DNA of 63,664 nt, the filler included. It is 13 parts of 13 records of this genome, joined end to end, with 100 filler letters (N's around TTAATTAATTAA, not from the genome) between each part and the next. Parts side by side here need not be neighbours in the genome. Positions count along the whole stretch, not along the records: positions 44,606 to 49,809 come from SRR15195285_159; positions 49,910 to 54,590 come from SRR15195285_161; positions 54,691 to 60,303 come from SRR15195285_162; 10 more parts are not named here. One strand, given 5' to 3'. Each line of letters starts with the position of its first letter. Within the stretch, counting starts at the first letter, position 1. Shown one piece after another: positions 44,707 to 55,006 of this stretch. A program made the position numbers and the translations under genes. The notes under the pieces were generated by a model, which was not told the origin of the DNA, ran no database searches, and saw only the letters and a program-made list of their open reading frames with translations.

Positions 44707-47700
44707 TTACTCTCGTGTCGCCGGTCTACTAGGAGCGGGCTGAGTCTTGGTGACAGCAGCGACAACGCTCACGGCGGCGTTCCGTTTTTGCCTCAGCCTA
44801 AAGTTGGCGCGCCGCAGCCGCTCTTCAGCATCTTGGGTCTCCGCGTGCGCTGGACCATGCACTTCCTTGTATCCCGCAGCCACCACACCAAAGAGTTCAC
44901 GCGCTCGGCTGAATTCCTTGAAGCGACGGCTCTCCAGCAAGTCCGCGAGGTTGTACATTGTATCTAGCGTCTCAGGGTGATCGGCACCGAGCGTCTCGGC
45001 CTGGGCCTGGACGATGTCCTCGTACATTGCACGGGCGGACTCGCGCTCGTTCATTTGGTCGAGCAAGCTCGCAAGATTGAAGCGTGTGGTGAGAGTCGTG
45101 GCGTGCTTCGGTCCAAGTTCGGCAGTCTGAGCTTCGATCGACTCCTCGTACAGCCCCCGTGCCTTGTGTTCTTGACCTGTTGCCCTGAGTGATGACGCAA
45201 GATCGCATCTGCTCTCAACTGCCGTCAAGTGTGTGGGGCCGAGCTGGTCTGCTAGACCTGCAATGACTTCCTCAAGCAGCTCCTGCGCACCACTGTGATT
45301 GCCGGCTTTCTTCATCGCAATCGCTTGCATGCGTTTGGTCTGTAGCGTCTCCAAATGATCTTCGCCCAGCGCCATAGACTGCGCCCTGACCACTTCATTG
45401 AAAACCGGTTGCGCTGTTTCCGGGTCTGCCATGTTGCTCATAACTTGGGCGAGGTTCGCCTTCGCTCGCATTGACTCGATTCCAGAAGCCTCGCCAGGGC
45501 TATCATTCATTCCATCCAGCAGTGAGGTGAGCACGGTTTCGGAGAGAGCGGCGTCACTCTGTACCTTCAGCGCGGCGTCAGCTGCTGCTGGAGAGTACGC
45601 GCATGCGCGTAGTAGATCGGTCTGGGCCTTCATCACCTGAGATTGTGCACGCAAGACCGCTGCAGCGGCCTGATCAACCGAACTGAAATGGCGACCATCC
45701 GGTAGAAATGCAGTCTTGACCCCCTTCGCCATTCGTCCTTCCGGTACCTCTACGAGTATGTCTTCTTCCTCTGGCCGGAGTGGTCGCGGTTGACCCACCA
45801 CCATGGGTTGGTCGCTATCGGCAGAATCGCCGACCCGAAAGGTCCTTCCGGTGACCGAAGGTCCCTCTGGCGGAGCAGGTGAAGTTGGCGTGCTAGCCGC
45901 CAGCGCACTGCGCAATCCTTCCACTTCTGCTCGTAGTGCTGCAGTTTCTTTTTCGGCCAGCGCCTTGTGTGCAGCGTTTCGGGCCTTCTCCTCGTCCAGC
46001 TGCATCTGCAGTGGCGAGTGCAGCGGGTCGACAACTTTGGTGTCTCCTATCGATGGCGGAAGCAGTATGTCAGCGTCCGTGTCACCCGACGTGTGAAGAA
46101 CTGACTTTAGCTTCTGCAGCGTCTTCTTCTTGTTGCCTTTCGTGGAAAAGTTTTTCCCAACGAGATTAAAATTCGAAAGCCTGATCTTCAGCTCTGGATA
46201 TCGAGAAACGATGCTGTCCACATCCTCCAGACGAATCACACCAAGATCACACCTGCAGAGGGTTCTCACGGTGCGCGTGCGTATGTTGGCACCATTGCCA
46301 CCATTGCCACTGATGGATTCAATTAGAGGACCCTCACCAAAGAACGCACCCTCTGACAAAAAGCCTAGACGTTCACCGTCGAGGCTGACCTCCACCTCAC
46401 CTCTGACGATGAAATACATCTCTGTACCATACTTTCCCTCTTGGTAGACGATTTGTTCTCGACCCAGGGTCACATCTCTGACCCATCTGCACGTCTCTGC
46501 AATTACCTCCTGTCCGAGGTGGCGAAAGATAGGTATCCTCTCAATGTGGCCGCCGTACATGAAGAATGAAACATCAGCTGACAAAGACGGCGGCAGCTCT
46601 CTCAGTATCTGATCCTGGTCGAATCCGGACAATTCTTGCTGCGCGTTGAACGCCGCCAGGATCTTGACGCGATCAGACGTCTTTAGATCTCGGGCACGCA
46701 TCCACGCACGCAATTGTAGCATCTTGGCCATGGCATCTTGTTGACCGGCACCAAGTGTCACCATGATTCCACTGATGATTCCAGCGAGACTACCAAAGAT
46801 CAGACCGAGGACAAGCTCACTCATAATGCCCACTTTCATCTCGTTTCCCGTGTACGCGAATTTGCTCTTGAACACGCTGTAGACAGAATCGATGTACTTC
46901 GTGCCGAGTGTCGTGGCTTCCGGATAATCTTGGCGTATGACCCAGCCAGACACGGGAAAGTGATACCCGCCACCCGGTTTCTCTACGCACTCTGTATCTC
47001 CAATTCTGCCAAGGATGTCCGCGTACTCGTGCGTGGGGTCGCAATCTATCGTCCCGTAGGCGTTGCCGCAGTAAAACCACAAGCACGATAGGAAATGGCC
47101 AGAGATGACAATAGTGCCAAGCGTCCCGATACTACCGAGATATGGCGTAACGTCCCCAATGACGCCGTTGTCCTCGTACTTTTTCAGCACCGCGCGAAGT
47201 CGTTTGAAGCGAATGATCTTTGAAAGCCGCAGCAAGCGCTGATACCCATTTCTCTCACCTCTCGTGTCACCTGCCGCCAGCCTGGAGATCAACAGAATGT
47301 ACGTGATAGGAAACGAAGAGATGAAGTCAATGCTGAACCAGCCGCGGCAATAGGCACGACGAATCTTCTTTGGGTTCGTTTGCAAGACTCCGCTTGGGAG
47401 CCATTGCGCCGTGTTAAAGTTCAGGTAAATGTCAAATATGAAGTAGATATCTATAATCATATCCACAAAGAAAGGGAACGAGAGTAAAGGAACCTCCACA
47501 GCAAAACCCACTCGGACCGGGATGATCAATATGATGTATGTCAGAGCGAAGAACTGGAAAGTATCCCAGTACTTCATGAACGCCGAATCGGGATCGTACA
47601 AACCATCAGGAATCGTTTGGGTATCAAAGAGACCGCCTCCTGTCCCGTAGAGGTCTTGCACCCGCCCCCACTGTACCTGCAGCTTCACTATCAAGCCGAG

Positions 47701-48960
47701 TCGGAGCCGAAGGTAGCGCCATAGGTCCTTGCCGGATCTGTTTCCCAGACCTCGACCATCGCTCAGAGTCTTTACCTTCTCCACCATATATTCGGGGAGC
47801 ACCGGGATGTCAGCCTCAGTGTCTCCAGATCGGACCTTGAACCAGGCCGTGAAGTGTTCTTTTGTAACATACCCTTTGCCATCCGGGTCCATTGCTGGAT
47901 AGTCTACGGCCAGGCTAAACGGCGGGTCAAATTCTGCCCCAGAGAATTTCTTCGCAATCTTCGCTGCCACCAGACCAATCTCCATGCGGTCCAGCGTCCC
48001 GTTGCCATCCTCATCCATCATTGTGAAGATGTGTTCAACGTTCTTTCGCATCTCTCGCCGCGCGGTGTCCTCCTTCAGCCTCCACCACTTCTTGAAGCTC
48101 TCAAAATCAACTGCACCCGTCCTCTCTGGATCCATGCGATAGAATCCTTCCTCTAGAGTACTGTTGGATATCCTGTCCCCCAGTTCCCTGCAGAGCTGCT
48201 TGACCTCCTTTAACTGCAGCGACCCGCTGCCGTCTGTGTCCGCCCGGTTGAACAAGCGGCGCATCTTGTCGTCTTCTTGCTGCCGCAGCGCGCTGCCCTT
48301 GAGCTTCGCCAGATGTTTCGGCATCCCTGCAGTTTTGTCAACCGTCGGTTTATACTTTTGCTCCGCTTTCTTTGGAGCTGGTGGCCTGCTGTGGTGGTGG
48401 TCACCGGAGGACTCCTTCGGCCCTGAACCTGACTTCCGGCGCACGGAGTTTGGTGCCACCCCGGTGAGCCCGTCCCTAGCATCTGACACGGTGTTGGGCG
48501 GCTCAGGTGGAGTCGTATTCGGCGAGGCGTCGTAGCCGGCTGGGAGTCGCATGATCAGGTGCAACCCCGAGTCGGTTTCAACGACATCGCTCACCTCCCA
48601 GGGCGATAGCTCGGCGATGGCTAGCTCGAACTCCTCTTCCAGTTCGCCCATGTCGATCTGCCCGAGGTTTCCACCCTCGCGCGCCGTGCCGCAGTCGCTC
48701 GTCTGAAACGCGAGCTCGGCAAACTGGTGCGCTCTGCGCTCGCCGCTCAGCTGCTCCAGCTGCTGCCTCAGCTCGCTCAAGGTGGCTGCGGCCTCCTCTT
48801 TCGTGCGTGACGGGATACGCAAACCCTGCGGATCGCGCCACGACGCCTGGCGGGCGGAGCCGGCATGCTTGACCAGGATGTGCGCGACGCTGAAGCCAAT
48901 GCTCGGCTCGTCCGTCACAAGCTGCTCGATCTCTTCCCGCGCCTCCAGCCGCGGCGGCAT
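44707..48960 (-). CDS. Parvulin PPIase - EF-hands - CNBD-family (KCNH/HCN-like) channel-like domain - TPR fusion protein (about 1417 aa, intronless)
   Basis: VAHILVKHAGS...SDCGTAREGGNLG...SDVVETDSGLHLI. EF-hands DTDGSGSL, DPERTGAV, DEDGNGTL, DPDGKGYV. WFSIDFISSFP, RLLRLSKIIRFKRL, EMYFIVRGEVEV...GAFFGE...RTRTV. TPRs LGPKHATTL and LGADHPETL. Confidence 0.88.
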   Translation of the reverse strand: MPPRLEAREEIEQLVTDEPSIGFSVAHILVKHAGSARQASWRDPQGLRIPSRTKEEAAATLSELRQQLEQLSGERRAHQFAELAFQTSDCGTAREGGNLGQIDMGELEEEFELAIAELSPWEVSDVVETDSGLHLIMRLPAGYDASPNTTPPEPPNTVSDARDGLTGVAPNSVRRKSGSGPKESSGDHHHSRPPAPKKAEQKYKPTVDKTAGMPKHLAKLKGSALRQQEDDKMRRLFNRADTDGSGSLQLKEVKQLCRELGDRISNSTLEEGFYRMDPERTGAVDFESFKKWWRLKEDTARREMRKNVEHIFTMMDEDGNGTLDRMEIGLVAAKIAKKFSGAEFDPPFSLAVDYPAMDPDGKGYVTKEHFTAWFKVRSGDTEADIPVLPEYMVEKVKTLSDGRGLGNRSGKDLWRYLRLRLGLIVKLQVQWGRVQDLYGTGGGLFDTQTIPDGLYDPDSAFMKYWDTFQFFALTYIILIIPVRVGFAVEVPLLSFPFFVDMIIDIYFIFDIYLNFNTAQWLPSGVLQTNPKKIRRAYCRGWFSIDFISSFPITYILLISRLAAGDTRGERNGYQRLLRLSKIIRFKRLRAVLKKYEDNGVIGDVTPYLGSIGTLGTIVISGHFLSCLWFYCGNAYGTIDCDPTHEYADILGRIGDTECVEKPGGGYHFPVSGWVIRQDYPEATTLGTKYIDSVYSVFKSKFAYTGNEMKVGIMSELVLGLIFGSLAGIISGIMVTLGAGQQDAMAKMLQLRAWMRARDLKTSDRVKILAAFNAQQELSGFDQDQILRELPPSLSADVSFFMYGGHIERIPIFRHLGQEVIAETCRWVRDVTLGREQIVYQEGKYGTEMYFIVRGEVEVSLDGERLGFLSEGAFFGEGPLIESISGNGGNGANIRTRTVRTLCRCDLGVIRLEDVDSIVSRYPELKIRLSNFNLVGKNFSTKGNKKKTLQKLKSVLHTSGDTDADILLPPSIGDTKVVDPLHSPLQMQLDEEKARNAAHKALAEKETAALRAEVEGLRSALAASTPTSPAPPEGPSVTGRTFRVGDSADSDQPMVVGQPRPLRPEEEDILVEVPEGRMAKGVKTAFLPDGRHFSSVDQAAAAVLRAQSQVMKAQTDLLRACAYSPAAADAALKVQSDAALSETVLTSLLDGMNDSPGEASGIESMRAKANLAQVMSNMADPETAQPVFNEVVRAQSMALGEDHLETLQTKRMQAIAMKKAGNHSGAQELLEEVIAGLADQLGPTHLTAVESRCDLASSLRATGQEHKARGLYEESIEAQTAELGPKHATTLTTRFNLASLLDQMNERESARAMYEDIVQAQAETLGADHPETLDTMYNLADLLESRRFKEFSRARELFGVVAAGYKEVHGPAHAETQDAEERLRRANFRLRQKRNAAVSVVAAVTKTQPAPSRPATRE

Positions 48961-48974
48961 CTCAGCTGGCTGCT

Positions 48975-49034
48975 TCGCCCACGGCGCCGGTTGCGCCACG
49001 TTACTCGCCCACGGCACCGGTTGCGCCACGTTGC
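48975..49034. repeat. 30-nt tandem duplication upstream of the channel gene
   Basis: TCGCCCACGGCRCCGGTTGCGCCACGTTRC x2. Confidence 0.85.
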
Positions 49035-51294
49035 TGCAACGGCCGCCCACGCGCAAAAATGCTGGCGCACGCCCAGTCCCACGCTGCCGCACCCCTCCAG
49101 CTCTACACCTCCCCGCCCCGCACCCGAACCATCAGCAGCCCTTGCCTCCCTGTCCCATCGCCAGCCCTCCCACCGCCAGCCCGAGCTCCATCTGCCCACG
49201 CATCGCCATCAAGAGGGCGTGGCCATCATGAGGTCGCAAGAGCGCCGCGGACGGGCGGACCCTAGCCTGCTGCATAACACATGCTCAAGAGACAAGTACT
49301 GTACTGTACTGTACAAGGTACTCCGGTACATGAACATGTACTGTAGCCGGATTCCTACTACCGGTACGGTATCATTGTGTACACTATTCATGCATGCATG
49401 AATTGTACTACCGGTACCGGTATTGGTCCCATAGTAATTAGTACATTTATATAAATTGGTTATGCCAGACGAATTCCCAATTCCGAGAAAACGATGGTGG
49501 TGTACACAGTACACGTACCGTACATCTATTATACGGTAGGTACACTTGGTACAGTTTCCAGTATTCCAGTAGGATTTCCAATGTGTGATGTCGACCGCAT
49601 ATCCTCGCCGGTATTCGATGACTGCGCGGGCCCTACCCACCTTGTGCGCGATTTGACCGATTTCACGACGTGACCTGACGTGGAAGCTGTTCATCACGAT
49701 CACGACGAGGGTCGGTTGCGTATTTGTCCAGAGTACGATTACAGGGAATCCATGAGGGAATCCCATTGCAAAATACCAGTACGGCTGGATTCATTGAAAA
49801 AACAAACTCNNNNNNNNNNNNNNNNNNNNNNNNNNNNNNNNNNNNNNNNNNNNTTAATTAATTAANNNNNNNNNNNNNNNNNNNNNNNNNNNNNNNNNNN
49901 NNNNNNNNNTCTAACAGGCTGACCAATCGGTGCACTCCTGATCTAGTCGGATTCATGGGCCAATAAGCCTGCAATACGCGCGCCCGTCCTATTATTGAAA
50001 ATCAATTGCTCGAGAGTGGGAAATCCACTAGTGAGCGTCTTATTCGTACTACATAGTAAGCGGGTAACTGTAGGACCTGTATGACTATCATACAGTAGTA
50101 CAATTGATAGTACTCAAATACAAAATGTACAAAAGCACTTTTGTAGGCGTGAGTCGAGTGGATGATTTCACCGCAGTGGAATGTGTGGCTGCGGGTGAGG
50201 AAAGCTTTCTCACTCATTCCTCACTATCGCCTCACCATGCGCCTCACCCGACCCGAGGAAGAACAGAAATTCGGCTCATTTTCCGCAATCCCGTCCGTAA
50301 TAAATCTGTGGTGCGAACCCTGAAGCGAAGACTGCGGGGACGTGTGGAGGGATCATCCGAAGGCATGATGGACGGTATACCGTTTCTTCTTCTCTAACCG
50401 GCGTACACACACCCCAATTGACACCAGAAAATACAACAGCAATTCCTGATCCATACACAAATGCAGTGACAATCCACAATTGTCGGATGACCACACTGAA
50501 AGATGTAAAACGGAAGTATCCGCGAACGTAGTTGAAAAACAGTACGCCATGCAGTACGTCCAGGCGAGAGTGATTTCATTCCGGATTCCCCGCAATTGTG
50601 CGTGGAGAACAACACCGACGTCACGCCCGAGTCACGACGGACTCAAGTACCGTACCAAAACCACCCGAATTTCCGATACATGTAGCCAAATCCGGTGCAA
50701 TTCCGGCGGCCAATAATGGTACCGTAGGAATCCTACAGCTGTACTATTCATATAATGTACAGTACGTACTCTCTAAGAGATGTACAATCAATAGTAGCAC
50801 TACGAGGAATCCTACCTGAATCTGTACATGTATTCATGGTGTCCCGCTCACGCCATCATCGATGTACGACGCGGCACTTACTATCATACGGTACAGTAGC
50901 AGAACTACATACTAGCTAGTACGCACACCTGTCGGTTACACAACGGCCCGTTTGAACGCACTGGGGGGTTGCAGTACGTGATTGGTGTTGTGAAGCGACG
51001 GGAAGGGGGTACTACAATAGTAGGTGCTGGGTTGCGAGCGCGGTGCTGACAGTGCAGCGACTGGCTGCGCGTACGTCACGCACGCGCTTACGGTACCTGG
51101 TCTGTGGCCAACCCACAAGCGCCGCAAAGGGACTACGCAAAGGCGGCTTACGGCGCTGGACGAGGAGGCTGGTGTGCGGCGGGGTGTGCGCGGGGTGGCC
51201 GGCGAGAGAGTGCAGTGGGCGCCAGGGTGGGGCAGAGCGTGCGTGACGGAGTGAGACGGACTCACCCGCCTGGCGGAGCCTGCGGCTGAGAGGA

Positions 51295-52449
51295 ATGGAG
51301 TTGTTGTGTGCTGCCGCTTGTGCGGACGACGGCGCGCAGCACACTGCACTGGCAGGCAACAACAGTGTGCGTGGGGTGGATGCTGCACACGAAAGGCGTC
51401 CGCTTTCTGCGCAGATCAAGACGCTCAGCCCGGTATTCGGTCCGGTGACGCCCGACGAGCAGGAGTACGTCTCTCCATTGAATATCAACGTGGCGCCAGC
51501 AGGGCGCGCCCCCCGAGCGACCACGACGAGCGCCTCCCTCCCAGTTGGCGGGCTGCCGCTGCAAGCGCGTTCTAGTTCTACGCCGCCGCCTCAGGAACAG
51601 CACGCTGGAGTAGTGCAGCACGGAATCCGACGGGAGTATCTCGCCGCAGAACAGCCCGAGTTCACGTACTGCTTGGTCTGCAGCTCCGTATTTTCGCAAA
51701 TGGCGGGCGCCACCGCGGTGGTGCGACCGCGGCCCGGTTACTGCGACCATACCTACTGCAGAGGATGTTATGAGGCTGCTGCTGGCAGACGGCTACCGCA
51801 GTGGCCGTGTCCCGATTGCGAACGGACAGCAGAGGTACATCGGATGCCCAGTGCAGAGCCCCTCGCACAAGTTGGCCCTGGGGTATTGACAGGACCTAGG
51901 TCAATGCATCCAATGCATCCTTGGCCTGCGGCAGGACCGCCTCAAGCCAACCTGATAGGACCAGGACGCCCGTGGGGCTCGAAGGTTGCCATGATGCCTT
52001 CATTCGGGCCCAGCGAAGCTTTGCGCAACAACCTTATACAAAGACCTATGGTGCCAGCATCTGTCAGGCCCAGCGGGAAAAGTCTTGAGGGATCCGGCCA
52101 GCCGGCCGTGCCAATTATTGAGGGCGCCATCTGCAAACGAGGCGGTGGCAAGGGCGGCAGGCGTTCTGTCTGGGCGTGCGCTCAACCCGGGTGTCTGTAT
52201 ATCGCCAACTCCTCTCGGCATATGCTGCGACACATGACGACCCACAGCGGCGAACGGCCTTTTGCGTGCAAATGGCCAGGCTGTAGTTACCGGGCAAAGC
52301 AACGCGAGCACCTCAAAACTCACGAGCTGAAGCACTCGAACTTGAAATCGTTTAAGTGCGACATTTGTGATTTTGCTACCAAGAGGAAGGAGCACCTGAA
52401 GCGCCACTTGCAGAGGCACGCCTCGGAGCGCGGAGTCGGGACGCTCTAG
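51295..52449 (+). CDS. RING-like + three C2H2 zinc-finger protein
   Basis: CLVC...CDHTYCRGC...CPDC; CAQPGC...HMTTHSGERPFACKWPGC...HELKH...FKCDIC...HLQRH. Confidence 0.85.
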   Translation: MELLCAAACADDGAQHTALAGNNSVRGVDAAHERRPLSAQIKTLSPVFGPVTPDEQEYVSPLNINVAPAGRAPRATTTSASLPVGGLPLQARSSSTPPPQEQHAGVVQHGIRREYLAAEQPEFTYCLVCSSVFSQMAGATAVVRPRPGYCDHTYCRGCYEAAAGRRLPQWPCPDCERTAEVHRMPSAEPLAQVGPGVLTGPRSMHPMHPWPAAGPPQANLIGPGRPWGSKVAMMPSFGPSEALRNNLIQRPMVPASVRPSGKSLEGSGQPAVPIIEGAICKRGGGKGGRRSVWACAQPGCLYIANSSRHMLRHMTTHSGERPFACKWPGCSYRAKQREHLKTHELKHSNLKSFKCDICDFATKRKEHLKRHLQRHASERGVGTL

Positions 52450-52577
52450 CGGTCAGCGGGATTCTAAGGGAGTTTGCGTTCGCGGATGTATGTGAATGAC
52501 TGATGTTACTATTGTCTTCCTTTTCCTCCCGCCGCCCTTTCTTTTCTAGATTCTGACCGTCGAGAGGCGTCAAATTA

Positions 52578-53100
52578 TTACGAGGGATTGGTTGTTCCAC
52601 CTGACCTCGTCGGCCCCGCTCCTTCTACCTCCTGCTCTCCCTCAGCCGCCGCAGCAGCGCGGACTGGGTAGAAAGGGCTCGAATTGATCTGCACGTGGTC
52701 AAGGTCGTCCATTAGGATCTCTGCCCCCCAGTGCATTCCATTTGCATGCAGTTCTAATCTGCTCCAATCTGCTACGAGCTTGTGTTCGGAGTTTTCGATT
52801 CTGTAAACGTGCAGGGTCTTCGCGTCACAGTCCAACACCATAACAAAGTCTCCCCATTTTACCAGGGGGGGGTCACACAGCCCGGTCAATATTGTGGGTT
52901 CGGCAGTGAGCATGCCGCCTGCTGTAGCTGGAGCGTCACCCGATATAAATAGCTTTCGACAGCCGACCCAACGTACGTAGCAGTAGCTGCCGACACATCC
53001 AGGGTGCACGGCACCACCCCAAAGGCAACGGGTACATCACCGTCGAACCAACCATATTGAAATGCGTGACACACAGGGCCGCGCCATATGCCCTGTCAGC
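52578..53100 (-). pseudogene. Degenerate SPRY/B30.2-like gene fragment
   Basis: SPRY-like pieces sit in different frames (RAYGAALC; AFGVVPCTLDV...SYLY; GDFVMVLDCDAKTLHVY) with no convincing introns linking them. Confidence 0.35.
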
Positions 53101-53362
53101 CCTATTTGTCCGAGGGGTGCAGGCTGTTCATTCTCAACGGCAGAGACTATTGGCACTACTCGACGCTGGTTGCTGCGGGGGAAACTGACTGTGGTGTGAA
53201 AGGGCTGCCACAACGTTCGATACTGCACGAGGAGCCTGCAAGCGTGTAGTGGGAGCTCTACTTGGGCGACACTGGCTGGTAGCGAGCGGGACGAGATTGA
53301 TCGTCATTGTGATGATCTATAGCTAGCTAGTAAAACTGCACTAATCTCCCACAAACATCATC

Positions 53363-54590
53363 TCAGTCCACAGCCCCGCAGTCCGTGACAGTCACCGTTA
53401 CGCCGTCAGCCGGCACATCTTCCTCGTCCGTGGGAACGGCTCCAACCGACCTGACGACATCCATCCCCTCGACCACTTTTCCAAAGGCGACGTTCTCACC
53501 GTCCAGACTATCGTACGGCGCCAGCGTGATAAAGAACTGGCTCTGATTGGTGTTCTGCCCCATATTGGCGGAGGAGAGGATGCCTTCTGAATCGTGCTTC
53601 AGCTCGAAGTTTTCATCAGCAAACTCTCCGCCGTAGACGCTCTCGCCACCGAGGCCGTTGCCACAGACAATGTCACCGCCCTGGCACATCCTGCAATGGC
53701 AGTCCACGGCAGGCAGGTGAGTGAGTTGTGACCCTCAGGCTGACCCGAGTAGGCATTGGCACATCTTGACACTCCTGTCACAGAGGTGTGACTATGCTGG
53801 TCGTAGGACAGCTACTCTAGGCACGCTCACATGTCCGCGATAATCCGGTGGAATACAGACCCACGGAAGGTTAGTGGCTTGCGATCCACGACGCCCAGCC
53901 CCCGCTCGCCGGTGCACAGCGCGTAGAAGTTGTAGGCAGTGATCGGTGTCACGTCCGTGTTTAGCTCGAAGGTGACTCGGCCGCCTGCTTCCTCACCGCC
54001 GCTGCCACCGGCGATGGCGAGGTCCATGAAGCAGCGCACCGGCTTCCCTTGTCCCCAGCCAGCGCGCGGCCGAAAGAAGTCGTCGCCGTGCGCCAGCGCC
54101 ACCTCCGCTTCCGCGACCGCCACGCCGAGACGGGGCGCATGCTCGCGAAGGAAGTCCATGAGCTGGCCCGCAAGGTCGGGACCGTCAGCCATGCCGTTGG
54201 ACTGGAGCGTCAGGTCGTTCGCAACCCTGCACAGCATTGACGCGAACTGGGCGAGGCTGGCAGGGCCGGTTTCGGCGTCCTCGTCGTCCTCGGGGTAGCC
54301 GACCACCTCATCGTAGTGGTTGCCCAGCATATCCTCGTCCAGATCGATTTTCATCGCTGACGTGCACTCCGCCCATTGCGCTTTGGTCATTGGCTCTGAT
54401 ATGCTGGTAAACTTTGCAAACAGCTGCGCCAGCGTGCCCTGGTGCACCGTGACGGTGTCCTGCAAAGCGACGAGCGCGCGCCCGCGTCCGAGCTCGGCCG
54501 CCGAGAACCACAAGTCCTTGACAGCGTCGAACGCTAGATCGATGCTGAGCTCTACTGCCCGGGGCTCGGGCTCGGGCTCGGGCTCGGGCT
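53363..54590 (-). CDS. Cyclophilin-type PPIase with an N-terminal PEPE repeat and helical extension, 5' partial; intron 53691-53830
   Basis: [14 protein letters not shown]...FHRII...|MCQGGD...GGESVYG..FADENF...SQFFIT...[11 protein letters not shown]. Confidence 0.92.
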
Positions 54591-55006
54591 NNNNNNNNNN
54601 NNNNNNNNNNNNNNNNNNNNNNNNNNNNNNNNNNTTAATTAATTAANNNNNNNNNNNNNNNNNNNNNNNNNNNNNNNNNNNNNNNNNNNNGAGATGGGCA
54701 GAGTGCTGACTGGGTCGTAGTGTCTATGTAGAGATATAGCAGAATAGCAGAATATCCATGGAGAGATGTGCGTACCGAAAGCCAGCGCCGTGCACGCATA
54801 TGCAGATGATACCGGTTTAGTACACCCAGCGATGGAGGAACAGAGCTGTTGCCACTGCCTGCGTGAGCGTTAGCGACTGTGCTGTCCGCAGCGAATGTCG
54901 GCTGGCTCGGGATATTCCTGCAGCGCATGGCAGATGTGGAAACGGCGAAATTTGGCTTGAGCTTGATTGTAGAGCTCTGAACACTGCACTCGCTGGTTCG
55001 GTGAGA

